From NCBI GenBank assembly GCA_030528345.1, contig JAUMZB010000019.1, positions 5,499-29,212 of the forward strand: a stretch of 23,714 nt of DNA. The letters are read 5' to 3'. Every line of letters starts with the position of its first letter. Position 1 is the first letter of the stretch. Source of the DNA: Eikenella sp. Its GTDB lineage: Bacteria; Pseudomonadota; Gammaproteobacteria; Burkholderiales; Neisseriaceae. Positions 8,566 through 16,569 of this stretch are shown piece after piece. The position numbers were made by a program, and so were the translations under genes. The notes beneath the pieces were generated by a model. The model ran no database searches. It saw nothing but the letters and a program-made list of their open reading frames with translations, and was not told where the DNA came from.

Positions 8566-9714
8566 ATGACCGCCGCCGACCTGCCCGCCCCCACGCCGGA
8601 AGCCCTGCATGCCTCCCAAACCCTTGCCGCCCTCATCCGGCAGCGCATCGCCGCCGCCGGCGGTTTCCTGCCCTTTGCCGACTTCATGCAGATGGCGCTC
8701 TACCAGCCCGCATACGGCTACTACACCGGCGGCGCCCATAAAATCGGCGCGGCGGGCGACTTCATCACCGCCCCCGCGCTCACCCCGCTGTTCGGCCGCA
8801 CCCTCGCCGTCCAGCTCCGCGCCCTGTTGCCGCAAACCGAGGGCTGCGTTTACGAATTCGGCGCCGGCACCGGCACGCTGGCCGCCCAACTGCTGCCCGC
8901 CCTTTCAGGTAGCCTGCGCCACTATTACATCATCGAAGTGTCGCCCGATTTGGCCGAACGGCAACGCCGCCACCTCGCCGAACACGCCCCCGAACACCTT
9001 ACACAGGTCAGTTGGCTCGCCGAACTGCCCGCCTTTTTCGACGGCATCGTCATCGGCAACGAAGTGCTCGACGCCATGCCCTGTGACATCGTGCGCTACC
9101 AAAACGGCCGCTATTGCCTGATGGGCGTGGCCGAACAAAACGGCGGTTTGTCCTGGCAAAGCGCCCCCCTGCCCGCCGAATTACACACCGCAGCCGAAGC
9201 GCTGATTCCGCCCATAGAAGGCTACACCAGCGAGCTGCACCGCCAACAGCAGGCCTTTATCCGCACCGTGGCCGCCAAACTGCGCCGCGGCGCCCTCATC
9301 TGGATCGATTACGGCTTCGACGCCGCCCAGTATTACCATCCGCAGCGGCATCAGGGCACCCTCATCGGCCACTACCGCCACCACACCGTGCACAACCCCT
9401 TCCGCTATATCGGCCTCACCGACCTCACCTGCCACGTCAACTTCACCGCCATCGCCGAAGCCGGCTGCGACAGCGGCCTCGACCTCATCGGCTACGCCGC
9501 CCAAGCCGCCTTTTTGCTCAACCTCGGCATCACCGACGCGCTCGCCGCCTGCGGCGACAGCGCCGGGCCGGACTACATCCGCGCCGCCGCTGCCTGCCAA
9601 ACCCTGCTCGCCCCGCACGAAATGGGCGAACTGTTCAAAGTGATGGCCTTCGGCAAAAACATCGATGTAGATTGGCAGGGCTTTGCCGCCGGCGACCTCT
9701 GCCACCGTCTCTAA
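8566..9714 (+). CDS. MidA/NDUFAF7-family (DUF185) class I SAM-dependent methyltransferase
   Basis: 382 aa. Motifs FITAPALTPLFGRTLA, YEFGAGTGTLAAQLL (SAM loop), GNEVLDAMP, WIDYGF and DLTCHVNFTAI are characteristic of the DUF185/MidA family as I recall it. Antisense ORFs 8434..8889 and 9181..9816 are rejected. Confidence 0.85.
   Translation: MTAADLPAPTPEALHASQTLAALIRQRIAAAGGFLPFADFMQMALYQPAYGYYTGGAHKIGAAGDFITAPALTPLFGRTLAVQLRALLPQTEGCVYEFGAGTGTLAAQLLPALSGSLRHYYIIEVSPDLAERQRRHLAEHAPEHLTQVSWLAELPAFFDGIVIGNEVLDAMPCDIVRYQNGRYCLMGVAEQNGGLSWQSAPLPAELHTAAEALIPPIEGYTSELHRQQQAFIRTVAAKLRRGALIWIDYGFDAAQYYHPQRHQGTLIGHYRHHTVHNPFRYIGLTDLTCHVNFTAIAEAGCDSGLDLIGYAAQAAFLLNLGITDALAACGDSAGPDYIRAAAACQTLLAPHEMGELFKVMAFGKNIDVDWQGFAAGDLCHRL
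8904..8915 (-). repeat. DUS 12-mer (reverse orientation) inside the MidA-like CDS
   Basis: Exact TTCAGGTAGCCT, read as LSGSL in the protein. Confidence 0.8.
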
Positions 9715-9775
9715 AAAACTGTTCAAAGCCCGACCACAGCCAACATTTTCCACCCAATATTCACCAGCCAAACAA

Positions 9776-9814
9776 AGGCTACCTGAAAACACAGCACTGT
9801 TTTTCAGGTAGCCC
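9776..9814. terminator. Inverted DUS pair hairpin downstream of the MidA-like gene
   Basis: AGGCTACCTGAA (9776-9787) and TTCAGGTAGCCc (9803-9814, 11/12) with a 15-nt loop. TTTT immediately precedes the right arm. Confidence 0.55.
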
Positions 9815-9849
9815 AAGCTGCCGCTACAACATCACACACATAAAGTTTC

Positions 9850-9889
9850 AGGCTACCTGAAAGCCGCCCATCCGCGTTTCAGGTAGCCC
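9850..9889. terminator. Second inverted DUS pair hairpin in the same intergenic region
   Basis: AGGCTACCTGAA (9850-9861) and TTCAGGTAGCCc (9878-9889, 11/12) with a 16-nt loop. Confidence 0.5.
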
Positions 9890-9950
9890 CACGCCTCAAG
9901 CCGCCACCCTTGGCGTATAATCCCGCCTTTTCCTCCAATCATCCCTTTCC

Positions 9951-10739
9951 ATGCAAAACGACCGCTGGCTGATCCACCGCCGCTTGGCCGAAGACACCGC
10001 GCAGCGGCTCGACATCGTCACCGCCGTTCCGCAGCACATTTTGCTGTTCGGCGCCGATGCCGACCACAGCCGCCGCCTGTTGGCCGGACGCTATCCGCAA
10101 GCCGTGTTCAGCGAATACGATGCGCGCGCCGATTTTCTGCAGGCCGCAGCCGAAGCCCGCCGCGGCGGCTGGTGGCAGAAGCTCACCGGCAAAAACCAAG
10201 TCGTCCAAAACTGCCTGCCGCCCGATGCCGCCCTGCCCGAAGCGCAGGCCGACTGGCTGTGGGCCAATCTGGGGCTGGTGCCGTCTGCCGCCGCCCCCGT
10301 GCCGGTATTGGAAAACTGGGCGCGCGCCCTGAAAACCGACGGCCTGCTGTTTTTCACCCATTTCGGCATCGACACCCTCGCCGAAATCACAGGCTACCTG
10401 AAACGGCAGGGCATCCGTGCCGACAGCCCGTTTACCGATATGCACGACTTGGGCGACATGCTGTTTCACCACGGCTTTTACGACCCGGTGATGGACACCG
10501 CCAAGCTGCACCTGAGCTACGCCCGCGCCGACACGTTCTGGCAGGACATGGACACGCTGGGCATCTGGCACGCGCTGTCCTTCGACGACGAAGCCGCCGC
10601 CCGCGCCGCCGTCAACCAAGGTTTTGCCGATGGTATTTTGGGCAGCGTGACCCTCGAAACCGTTTACGGCCACGCCCTCAAAAAACGGCAGCTGCCCGCC
10701 AAGGAACAGCCGGTGCAGTTTTACCCCCGACCGCGCTGA
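9951..10739 (+). CDS. Class I methyltransferase-like protein (BioC-like fold) with a degenerate glycine-rich SAM motif
   Basis: 262 aa with an ATG start. The layout resembles small BioC/UbiE-like methyltransferases (ADWLWANLGL..., ALKTDGLLFFTHFG). The motif I position reads ILLFGADAD rather than hh(D/E)hGxGxG. Family assignment is by eye only. Confidence 0.5.
   Translation: MQNDRWLIHRRLAEDTAQRLDIVTAVPQHILLFGADADHSRRLLAGRYPQAVFSEYDARADFLQAAAEARRGGWWQKLTGKNQVVQNCLPPDAALPEAQADWLWANLGLVPSAAAPVPVLENWARALKTDGLLFFTHFGIDTLAEITGYLKRQGIRADSPFTDMHDLGDMLFHHGFYDPVMDTAKLHLSYARADTFWQDMDTLGIWHALSFDDEAAARAAVNQGFADGILGSVTLETVYGHALKKRQLPAKEQPVQFYPRPR
10391..10402 (+). repeat. DUS 12-mer inside the methyltransferase-like CDS
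   Basis: Exact AGGCTACCTGAA, read as TGYLK. Confidence 0.8.
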
Positions 10740-10754
10740 GCGCTTTTGTCCATT

Positions 10755-12689
10755 ATGTACGACCGTCCGCCGTTTGCCGTCCGCCTCACCGATTTCTGCC
10801 AGCGCTTCGCCGAAACCGCGCCGCAGGCCTACCGCTTTGCGGCTCGGTTTTGGCTGTGGCTGGGGCAGGCCTATATCTTGCTGGCCCTGCCCTTGACGCT
10901 GCTGCTGGCTCTGCTGCTGCCGTTTCTGCTGCTGGCTCCGCCTGTTGCGCTGCTGGCTTATGCCGCCGAACGCTGGTTTCCCGCCGCCGTTCCGTGGCTG
11001 TGGATAATCGGCGCGCCTCTGTCTTTCGGCCTCATCGGGTGGACGCTGGCCTCTGTTTACAGCACCCTCGCCGCCGTTCTGACCGCCTGGCGCCTGCCTG
11101 CCGAACCGCCCGACGGCATCCGCCTGCAACGGGAGGCAGCGCCGGACTGGTTTGCCCTGATAGACGAAGAAGCCCGCGCCTGCCGCATCCGCATCCACGA
11201 AGTTTGGCTGCACGACGAATACGGCCTTCACAGCGCGCAAAGCCGCCTGTTCGGCCTGCCCTGGCGCAACCGCCTGCACATCGGCCTGCCGCTGTTGCAG
11301 AGTTTGGATGCCGACAGCCTGCGCCCGCTCATCGCCTACCAAACCGCCCACCTGGCCTACGGCTTCAGCGGCGCCAACGATGCGCTGTGGCGGCAACGGC
11401 GCCGCTGGGTGCAGCTGGCCGAACAATTTGAAGGCCGTTTTCCCGCCGCCCTGTTGCGGCCGCTCGTCCGCCTCTATCTGCCCTTCGCCGATATTTGGTG
11501 GCACACCCTGATGCGCCAGCAGGTGTTGCAGTGCGACCAAGCCGCCGCCCGCCGCTGTTCAGGTAGCCTGTATGCCCGGGCCATGTGCCGCCTGCACGTG
11601 TTCGGCCTCGATTTCGACCGCCATTACTGGACAGAGGTCTGGACGCAGAGCGAACAGCACCTGCGCCCGCCGCAACTGCCCTTCGCCCATTACCCCGCCG
11701 CACTGGACGACATCCGCCAACGGCACCACGCCCGCCTGCAGGCGCATCTGCAAGCGCTGCTCCAAGCGCCCGCCTACATCCACGACAACCACCCCTCCCT
11801 CGCCTGGCGGCTGGAAGCGCTGGACGAATATCCGCGCCTGTCGCCGGCCGAGGGCAACGCCATGCACCTCTTGGGCGAAGCCGCCGACAAACTGGTGGCA
11901 CAAACCGACCGCCGATGGTGGGAAAATGCCCGCAGCAACTGGCGCGAGCGCTACCAACAAGGCCAAAGCGCCGTCCGCCGCCTGCAGGAACTCGACGATG
12001 CCGCCGAAGCCGCGCCACTGTCTTTGGACGAAACGCTGGAGCGCGCCTGGCTCACCGAGCGCGTGCGCCAAGACCGCGATGCCGCCTTCGCCTTGCTGGA
12101 AGCGAGCCACCGCCAACATCCCACACACCCGCCGCTGATGTTCGCCTACGGCCGCCAACTGCTGCTGCGCAACGATGCCGACGGCACCACCTTGGTACGC
12201 CGCGCCGCCGAACTCGACGAGGACTTGATTTTCGCCGCCGCCGAAGAAGAGGCCGACTACCACCGGCGCAACGGCCGCCACGATGCCGCCGCCCACTACC
12301 AAGACCTCGCCGACCAGCGCCGTTACGAAGAAGAACAGGCCGGCTTCGAACGCGCCGAATGGTTGCCCGACGACCCGCTGCACCCTTCCGCCCTCAGCGA
12401 GAGCGAGTTGGCCGACTGGCTGCGGCGCGTGGCCGACCTGCCCGAAATCGACCGGATCTATCTGGCTCAAAAAACCGTACACCATCTGCCGCAGCGGCCG
12501 TTATATGTGATCGGCTATACCCTGCGTCTGCCCCGCCACGCACCCGAGCGCGAAGAATTGGCCGAGCACCTGCACCAACGCCTGCTCAAGCTCCCTTTCC
12601 CCCACGAATTCTTCCTCATCCGCCTCGACGGCCGCAGCCGTCCCTACCGCCGCGCCTTACGGCGCGTGCCCCGCGCCCGCGTGCGCTGA
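10755..12689 (+). CDS. M48 (HtpX/Ste24)-peptidase-like membrane protein with substituted catalytic residues and a long helical C-terminal region
   Basis: Track start 10746 is TTG; the first ATG is at 10755 (MYDRPPF...). N-terminal TM helices, then an M48-like core: the segment LRPLIAYQTAHLAYGF aligns by eye to L..ViAHELgHl..g; RQQVLQCDQAA aligns to the SRxxExxAD segment; DNHPSLAWRLEAL aligns to the (S/T)HPxxxxR(I/L) segment. About 330 further residues are helical and rich in R/E/A/L. Antisense ORFs 9939..11540, 11365..12018 and 11559..12485 are rejected. Confidence 0.5.
   Translation: MYDRPPFAVRLTDFCQRFAETAPQAYRFAARFWLWLGQAYILLALPLTLLLALLLPFLLLAPPVALLAYAAERWFPAAVPWLWIIGAPLSFGLIGWTLASVYSTLAAVLTAWRLPAEPPDGIRLQREAAPDWFALIDEEARACRIRIHEVWLHDEYGLHSAQSRLFGLPWRNRLHIGLPLLQSLDADSLRPLIAYQTAHLAYGFSGANDALWRQRRRWVQLAEQFEGRFPAALLRPLVRLYLPFADIWWHTLMRQQVLQCDQAAARRCSGSLYARAMCRLHVFGLDFDRHYWTEVWTQSEQHLRPPQLPFAHYPAALDDIRQRHHARLQAHLQALLQAPAYIHDNHPSLAWRLEALDEYPRLSPAEGNAMHLLGEAADKLVAQTDRRWWENARSNWRERYQQGQSAVRRLQELDDAAEAAPLSLDETLERAWLTERVRQDRDAAFALLEASHRQHPTHPPLMFAYGRQLLLRNDADGTTLVRRAAELDEDLIFAAAEEEADYHRRNGRHDAAAHYQDLADQRRYEEEQAGFERAEWLPDDPLHPSALSESELADWLRRVADLPEIDRIYLAQKTVHHLPQRPLYVIGYTLRLPRHAPEREELAEHLHQRLLKLPFPHEFFLIRLDGRSRPYRRALRRVPRARVR
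11558..11569 (-). repeat. DUS 12-mer (reverse orientation) inside the M48-like CDS
   Basis: Exact TTCAGGTAGCCT, read as CSGSLY. Confidence 0.8.
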
Positions 12690-12811
12690 CATTGCTGCCG
12701 GCCCGTCCGATCCCGCACAACAGGCTGCCTGAAACCTTCGCCCCTGCACCCAACACCGCTGCGCGGTATACTGTGCGCCCTCTTGCTAACCCTTTCCGAA
12801 ACGAGCCCGAT

Positions 12812-14065
12812 ATGCTGTACCGTTGGCTGTTGGCCCTGAAAAAACCGAGCAACCGCTTGTGGGTGGCGCCCGCGCTGGGCGCGGTATTGGCCACCCTGTT
12901 CGCCTTTGCCGCCCGCCTGCTCAACCTCTGGCTGCCGCCCGACACCCTGCCCGACATCGAATTGGGCACTTTGGAAGGCCTTTTGGACGTGATCGCCTCC
13001 AGCATGCTGGCGGTGAGCACCTTCTCGCTGTCGATCATGGTGTCGGCCTTTGCCTCCGCCGCCAACAGCGCCACCCCGCGCGCCACCGAGCTGGTGATGG
13101 GCGACGACACCACCCGCACCGCGATTGCCAGTTTCCTCTCCGCCTTTATCTACGCCATCATCGCCAAAACCGCACTGGGCATGGGCTTTTACGGCCAAAA
13201 CGGCCGCTTCGTGCTGTTTGTCAGCACCGCCCTGGTGCTGGCTTATCTGATCGCCACCCTGATCCGCTGGGTGCACACCCTCTCCCAGCTGGGCCGCATG
13301 GGCAACACTTTGGACAAAATCCACACGGCCGCCGCCGAAGCCTTGCGCCGCCACCGTGCCAGCCCCGATATGGGCGCAGCCTGGCAGGGGCAACCCGCTG
13401 CCGGCGCCGCCGTGCTGTACGCCCGCCGCAACGGCTATCTGACCCACATCGACATGGCCGGCCTGCAGAAACGGGCTGAAGCCGCCGGCGGACACATCCA
13501 CATTCAGGTGCGCCCGGGCGAACTGATCATGCCCGACACGCCGCTGGCCCAAGTGTGCGGCGGGGCGATCGACATCGAAGACTTGCGCGACTGCTTTGTG
13601 CTGGACGTGTCCCGCAGCTATGCACAAGACCCGGGCTGGGGCTTTGTGGTGCTGAGCGAAGCCGCACAACGGGCGCTGTCGGCGGCGGTTAACGACCCCG
13701 GCACCGCCATCAATGTGATGACGCGCATGATGCGTCTGCTGCTCGATACTGCGGCGGAAGACCAAGATGATGGCGATGTGCCGGTTTACGACCGCTTGAG
13801 CATCATGCGCCTAGACGAAGGAGAATGGATACGCGACGGTTTCGCCCCCATCGCCCGCGACGGCGCCGGCGTAGCCGAAGTGGGTTTGGTGATGCAGAAA
13901 GTGCTGGCCGGCATCCGGCGCGGCGCGCCCGAACCGGCAGTGGCCGCCGCCGCCGAGACCACGGCCCGACAGGCTTTGGCGCGGGCGGAACAGGTTTTGG
14001 ACTTCGACGGCGACAAACAAGCCCTGCGGGAACAACACCGCCGTTTGTTTGCCGACACGCCCTAA
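12812..14065 (+). CDS. DUF2254-family membrane protein
   Basis: Only the last 417 codons of the 826-aa track ORF 11585..14065 look real; the upstream part is R/P/A-rich out-of-frame overlap with the previous gene. Starts at ATG 12812 (MLYRWLLALKKPSNRLWVAP...). Four TM segments and a soluble C-terminal domain with QDPGWGFVVLSEAAQRALSAAVNDPGTAI, as I remember for DUF2254. Confidence 0.75.
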   Translation: MLYRWLLALKKPSNRLWVAPALGAVLATLFAFAARLLNLWLPPDTLPDIELGTLEGLLDVIASSMLAVSTFSLSIMVSAFASAANSATPRATELVMGDDTTRTAIASFLSAFIYAIIAKTALGMGFYGQNGRFVLFVSTALVLAYLIATLIRWVHTLSQLGRMGNTLDKIHTAAAEALRRHRASPDMGAAWQGQPAAGAAVLYARRNGYLTHIDMAGLQKRAEAAGGHIHIQVRPGELIMPDTPLAQVCGGAIDIEDLRDCFVLDVSRSYAQDPGWGFVVLSEAAQRALSAAVNDPGTAINVMTRMMRLLLDTAAEDQDDGDVPVYDRLSIMRLDEGEWIRDGFAPIARDGAGVAEVGLVMQKVLAGIRRGAPEPAVAAAAETTARQALARAEQVLDFDGDKQALREQHRRLFADTP

Positions 14066-14081
14066 AACACTCTATTCAGAA

Positions 14082-14126
14082 CAGAATACAGGCTACCTGA
14101 AACCGTTTCAGGTAGCCTGTATTCTG
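14082..14126. terminator. Perfect 22-bp-arm palindrome containing an inverted DUS pair, between convergent genes
   Basis: CAGAATACAGGCTACCTGAAAC (14082-14103) and its exact reverse complement (14105-14126). Lies between the DUF2254 stop (14065, plus) and the SAM-decarboxylase-like stop (14327, minus). No strong U-run, so terminator function is inferred from position and neisserial precedent. Confidence 0.55.
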
Positions 14127-14159
14127 CTGCACCGCGCACCCTCCGCATACAGAATGAAA

Positions 14160-14311
14160 CCTTTGCAAAACCCTCAGATGCGGATGCAGTTCAAGGCGCA
14201 GCAGCGCAGCGAGTGTGAACGCCGGGAATCCCGTGGGACAGACATATCATATACAAGGCTAAGCGAGCAGCACACAACGCAGATGCGCCGCAGATGGGGG
14301 TTTGGCAAAGG
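14160..14311. repeat. 152-bp element bounded by ~24-bp imperfect terminal inverted repeats (MITE-like, or a structured 3' UTR)
   Basis: CCTTTGCAAAACCCTCAGATGCGG (14160-14183) against the reverse complement of 14288-14311 (CCTTTGCCAAACCCCCATCTGCGG) gives 20/24 matches. The interval is non-coding, in the convergent intergenic region. Confidence 0.35.
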
Positions 14312-14326
14312 CCTCAGGATGCTTGC

Positions 14327-14683
14327 TCACATCACATCCCGGCCGCGCCGGTGCACGCTCCATTGTTCTTCCCGCGCCTGCAAAGCCGCATATAGATGCG
14401 CCCGGACCGCTTCCAGCTGCAAGCTGCCGCAGAGAAAAACATCGACGGCGGCAAAACCGTATTCCGGCCAGGTGTGGATACTGAGATGGGATTCCGCCAG
14501 CAGCAGCACGCCGGTGACGCCGCCGCCTTCGCCGAAGGTATGGAAATGGCCGCCGAGTATGGTGGCGCCGGCGGCTTTTGCCGCGCCCTGCAACGCGGTT
14601 TTCAGGTAGCCCTCGTCACGCAGCAGATGCGCGGGGCAGCCGTAGACATCCAGCAGGCCGTGCCCGCCCGGACGGTGGCTCAT
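14327..14683 (-). CDS. S-adenosylmethionine decarboxylase-like protein (small pyruvoyl-dependent SpeD/SpeH type)
   Basis: 118 aa from ATG 14683. The track ORF extension to 14806 is out-of-frame overlap with the upstream microprotein. Hallmark self-processing/active-site block is LLLAESHLSIHTWPEYGFAAVDVFLCG. Confidence 0.8.
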   Translation of the reverse strand: MSHRPGGHGLLDVYGCPAHLLRDEGYLKTALQGAAKAAGATILGGHFHTFGEGGGVTGVLLLAESHLSIHTWPEYGFAAVDVFLCGSLQLEAVRAHLYAALQAREEQWSVHRRGRDVM

Positions 14684-14829
14684 TTGTGCCCGCCCGAATA
14701 ACCGCCGACAAAACCGCCGCCGCCGTGGGAACGGCTGCCGCCCTGCCCGTCGCTCACCAAACTGTAATTGGTCACGGTGCCGATGAACATCGCCGCAATC
14801 GCGCACACCAGATACATACCTTTAGACAT
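14680..14829 (-). CDS. Unannotated 49-aa membrane microprotein with a glycine-rich tail
   Basis: ATG (14829-14827) preceded by AAGGTGGAAG. Translation by hand: MSKGMYLVCAIAAMFIGTVTNYSLVSDGQGGSRSHGGGGFVGGYSGGHK. Its TGA overlaps the ATG of the SAM-decarboxylase-like gene (ATGA at 14683-14680). Below the ORF-track length cut-off. Confidence 0.5.
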   Translation of the reverse strand: MSKGMYLVCAIAAMFIGTVTNYSLVSDGQGGSRSHGGGGFVGGYSGGHK

Positions 14830-14867
14830 GCTTCCACCTTCCTGGAAAAACGGCCGGCAAGGGCAGT

Positions 14868-16442
14868 TTATGCCTCATCGTCTTGATTCGGCTCGTTCAT
14901 CAAACCGGCAAACCGGCCGGTACGGATAATAAACCAAGCCACGGCGGCCGTAATCCCGGCCACCAAAGCAAATCCTGTGAAGCCGTCTCGATCCAGCGCG
15001 GTCAGTATGGCCGGCGAATTGATGAGGACAAAGATATACATCAGCAGCTTGGGCCAGCCGAAGGGTTGCCGGTCGGGCGTCATCTTGGCCCGATAAGCCG
15101 GCGCATCGGCCTTCAAACCGAACCACTCGCGGATGTGCGCGTAACTTACCGGCGTGCTCTTGCTCCACGCCACTTCGGACGGCGAGCGCTCGATGCACAG
15201 CTTGCTCCTGCCTTGGTCGTAATCGGTATAGTAATTCACGTCGTCGGCGCGGATGTGCCAGTAGAAAGCGCCGACGGCATAACGCACCCGCCCTCCGTAG
15301 TCATACAGTTTGCGGGCGTTGCGCGGCATCAGGGAATGACCCTGCAGCGCCGGCCAGCGGTTTAAGGTTTCCGACACGCTCCATTCGCCTTGGCGGGTTT
15401 CCACCAGCCACAAAAAGCCGCTTTGCGGTTCGAACAACAGATATTCGGTCCACTGGCCCTCGGGATAGAGGTCTTGCACATGGCCGCCGTGCAGCATCTG
15501 CCAGGCATCGTCGGGATCCAGCTCGTCTTTACACACCGCGCCGATCACGGTATAGGTTTTGCCGTTGATGCGGCCTTGGGCGCCCAAAGGCAGGGTCAAC
15601 CGCCGCTGTTGCTCCTGCCGCATCCCGTTTTGCCGCACCAGCTCGGCTTTGCCGCCGTCGGTGCTCAAATCGCTGTGGCAGCTGGGGCAAATGACGGTGG
15701 GCGTAAGGCCGGCAAGCCACTGCACTTCCGAGCCGCAGTTGGGGCAGCTTTCCGCGCGGCGCGTACCCTTCAGCCGGCCCGCACTGTCGGCGATGGCGTC
15801 GCTGCTGCGGGTGTGGCCGAGTTTGAGCTCTTCCAGCGTCACGCCGCGGCCGACAAAGATTTCCGGCGGTTCGGCGGCGTAATCGGTGGTCAGAAACAGG
15901 TGTTCGCAGCGCCAGTCGGCCACGCGGTTGGTCATTTGCGGCGGCACGGCAAACGGCAGCTCGCCCTCGGCCGCCGCCTGCGAAAGGGTGATGTGGCGCA
16001 CGTCGGAAACGACAAACGCTTTGTCGCGGTACACCAAACGGCTCTCGCCGGCCGCCAAGGCATCAAACGGCGGCGGTTCGGCGGTCGGACGCTCGGCAGC
16101 GGGCACGGTGAACACATATTGGTCGCCCGCTTCGGCCAGCCAGCCGCTGCTGCCGTCGTCAAACAGGGCATACCATTCGTTCCACACGCCCACATCGTAA
16201 CGCGCCTGCAAACGGCCGACCAAGGTGAAGTTTTGCGTGCCGAAGGTGCCGGTGGTGCCGATTTGCAGCGGACTGAAGTCTTCCAGTAAGGCAGAGTCGC
16301 GGCCGGTGTCCACCACGCCGCCGTCCTGCCGCAGCAGCAGACTGTTGCAGTAGCCGCACACCAGCGTGACCGCCGTGGCCGAATGGGCGTGTACGGGGGC
16401 ACCGCAACTGGGGCAGTCGGTCTTGAAGAAGGGTTCGCTCAT
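14868..16442 (-). CDS. Tandem (Zn-ribbon + DUF4178) membrane-anchored protein
   Basis: 524 aa with an ATG start. Two CxxC...CxxC ribbons (CPSCGAPV...CGYCNS and CPNCGSEV...CPSCHS). Each is followed by a DUF4178-like beta domain (PLQIGTTGTF...TLVGRLQARYDVGVWNEWYALFDDGSSGWLAE; second copy GKTYTVIGAV...WTEYLLFEPQSGFLWLVE). C-terminal pair of TM helices. Confidence 0.8.
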   Translation of the reverse strand: MSEPFFKTDCPSCGAPVHAHSATAVTLVCGYCNSLLLRQDGGVVDTGRDSALLEDFSPLQIGTTGTFGTQNFTLVGRLQARYDVGVWNEWYALFDDGSSGWLAEAGDQYVFTVPAAERPTAEPPPFDALAAGESRLVYRDKAFVVSDVRHITLSQAAAEGELPFAVPPQMTNRVADWRCEHLFLTTDYAAEPPEIFVGRGVTLEELKLGHTRSSDAIADSAGRLKGTRRAESCPNCGSEVQWLAGLTPTVICPSCHSDLSTDGGKAELVRQNGMRQEQQRRLTLPLGAQGRINGKTYTVIGAVCKDELDPDDAWQMLHGGHVQDLYPEGQWTEYLLFEPQSGFLWLVETRQGEWSVSETLNRWPALQGHSLMPRNARKLYDYGGRVRYAVGAFYWHIRADDVNYYTDYDQGRSKLCIERSPSEVAWSKSTPVSYAHIREWFGLKADAPAYRAKMTPDRQPFGWPKLLMYIFVLINSPAILTALDRDGFTGFALVAGITAAVAWFIIRTGRFAGLMNEPNQDDEA

Positions 16443-16493
16443 GGGGAAATCCGTTTGTCGGCGCGCCGTCTCACGGCGGCTCGGGCGGCATAC

Positions 16494-16563
16494 AGGCTAC
16501 CTGAAACCGACGGCCGCCAACGCTTTGCCATGCTGCGGCAGCCGGCTGGCTTTCAGGTAGCCT
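16494..16563. repeat. Inverted DUS pair (12-bp arms, 46-nt loop) between the SPFH and DUF4178 genes
   Basis: AGGCTACCTGAA (16494-16505) and TTCAGGTAGCCT (16552-16563), both exact. Lies inside an apparent operon. Confidence 0.7.
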
Positions 16564-16569
16564 TTATGT

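Noticed and set aside
11585-12811. N-terminal 409 codons of the 826-aa track ORF 11585..14065
   Set aside because: This part overlaps the M48-like gene out of frame and is P/R/A-rich nonsense. The recognisable DUF2254 protein begins at ATG 12812, after an intergenic gap.
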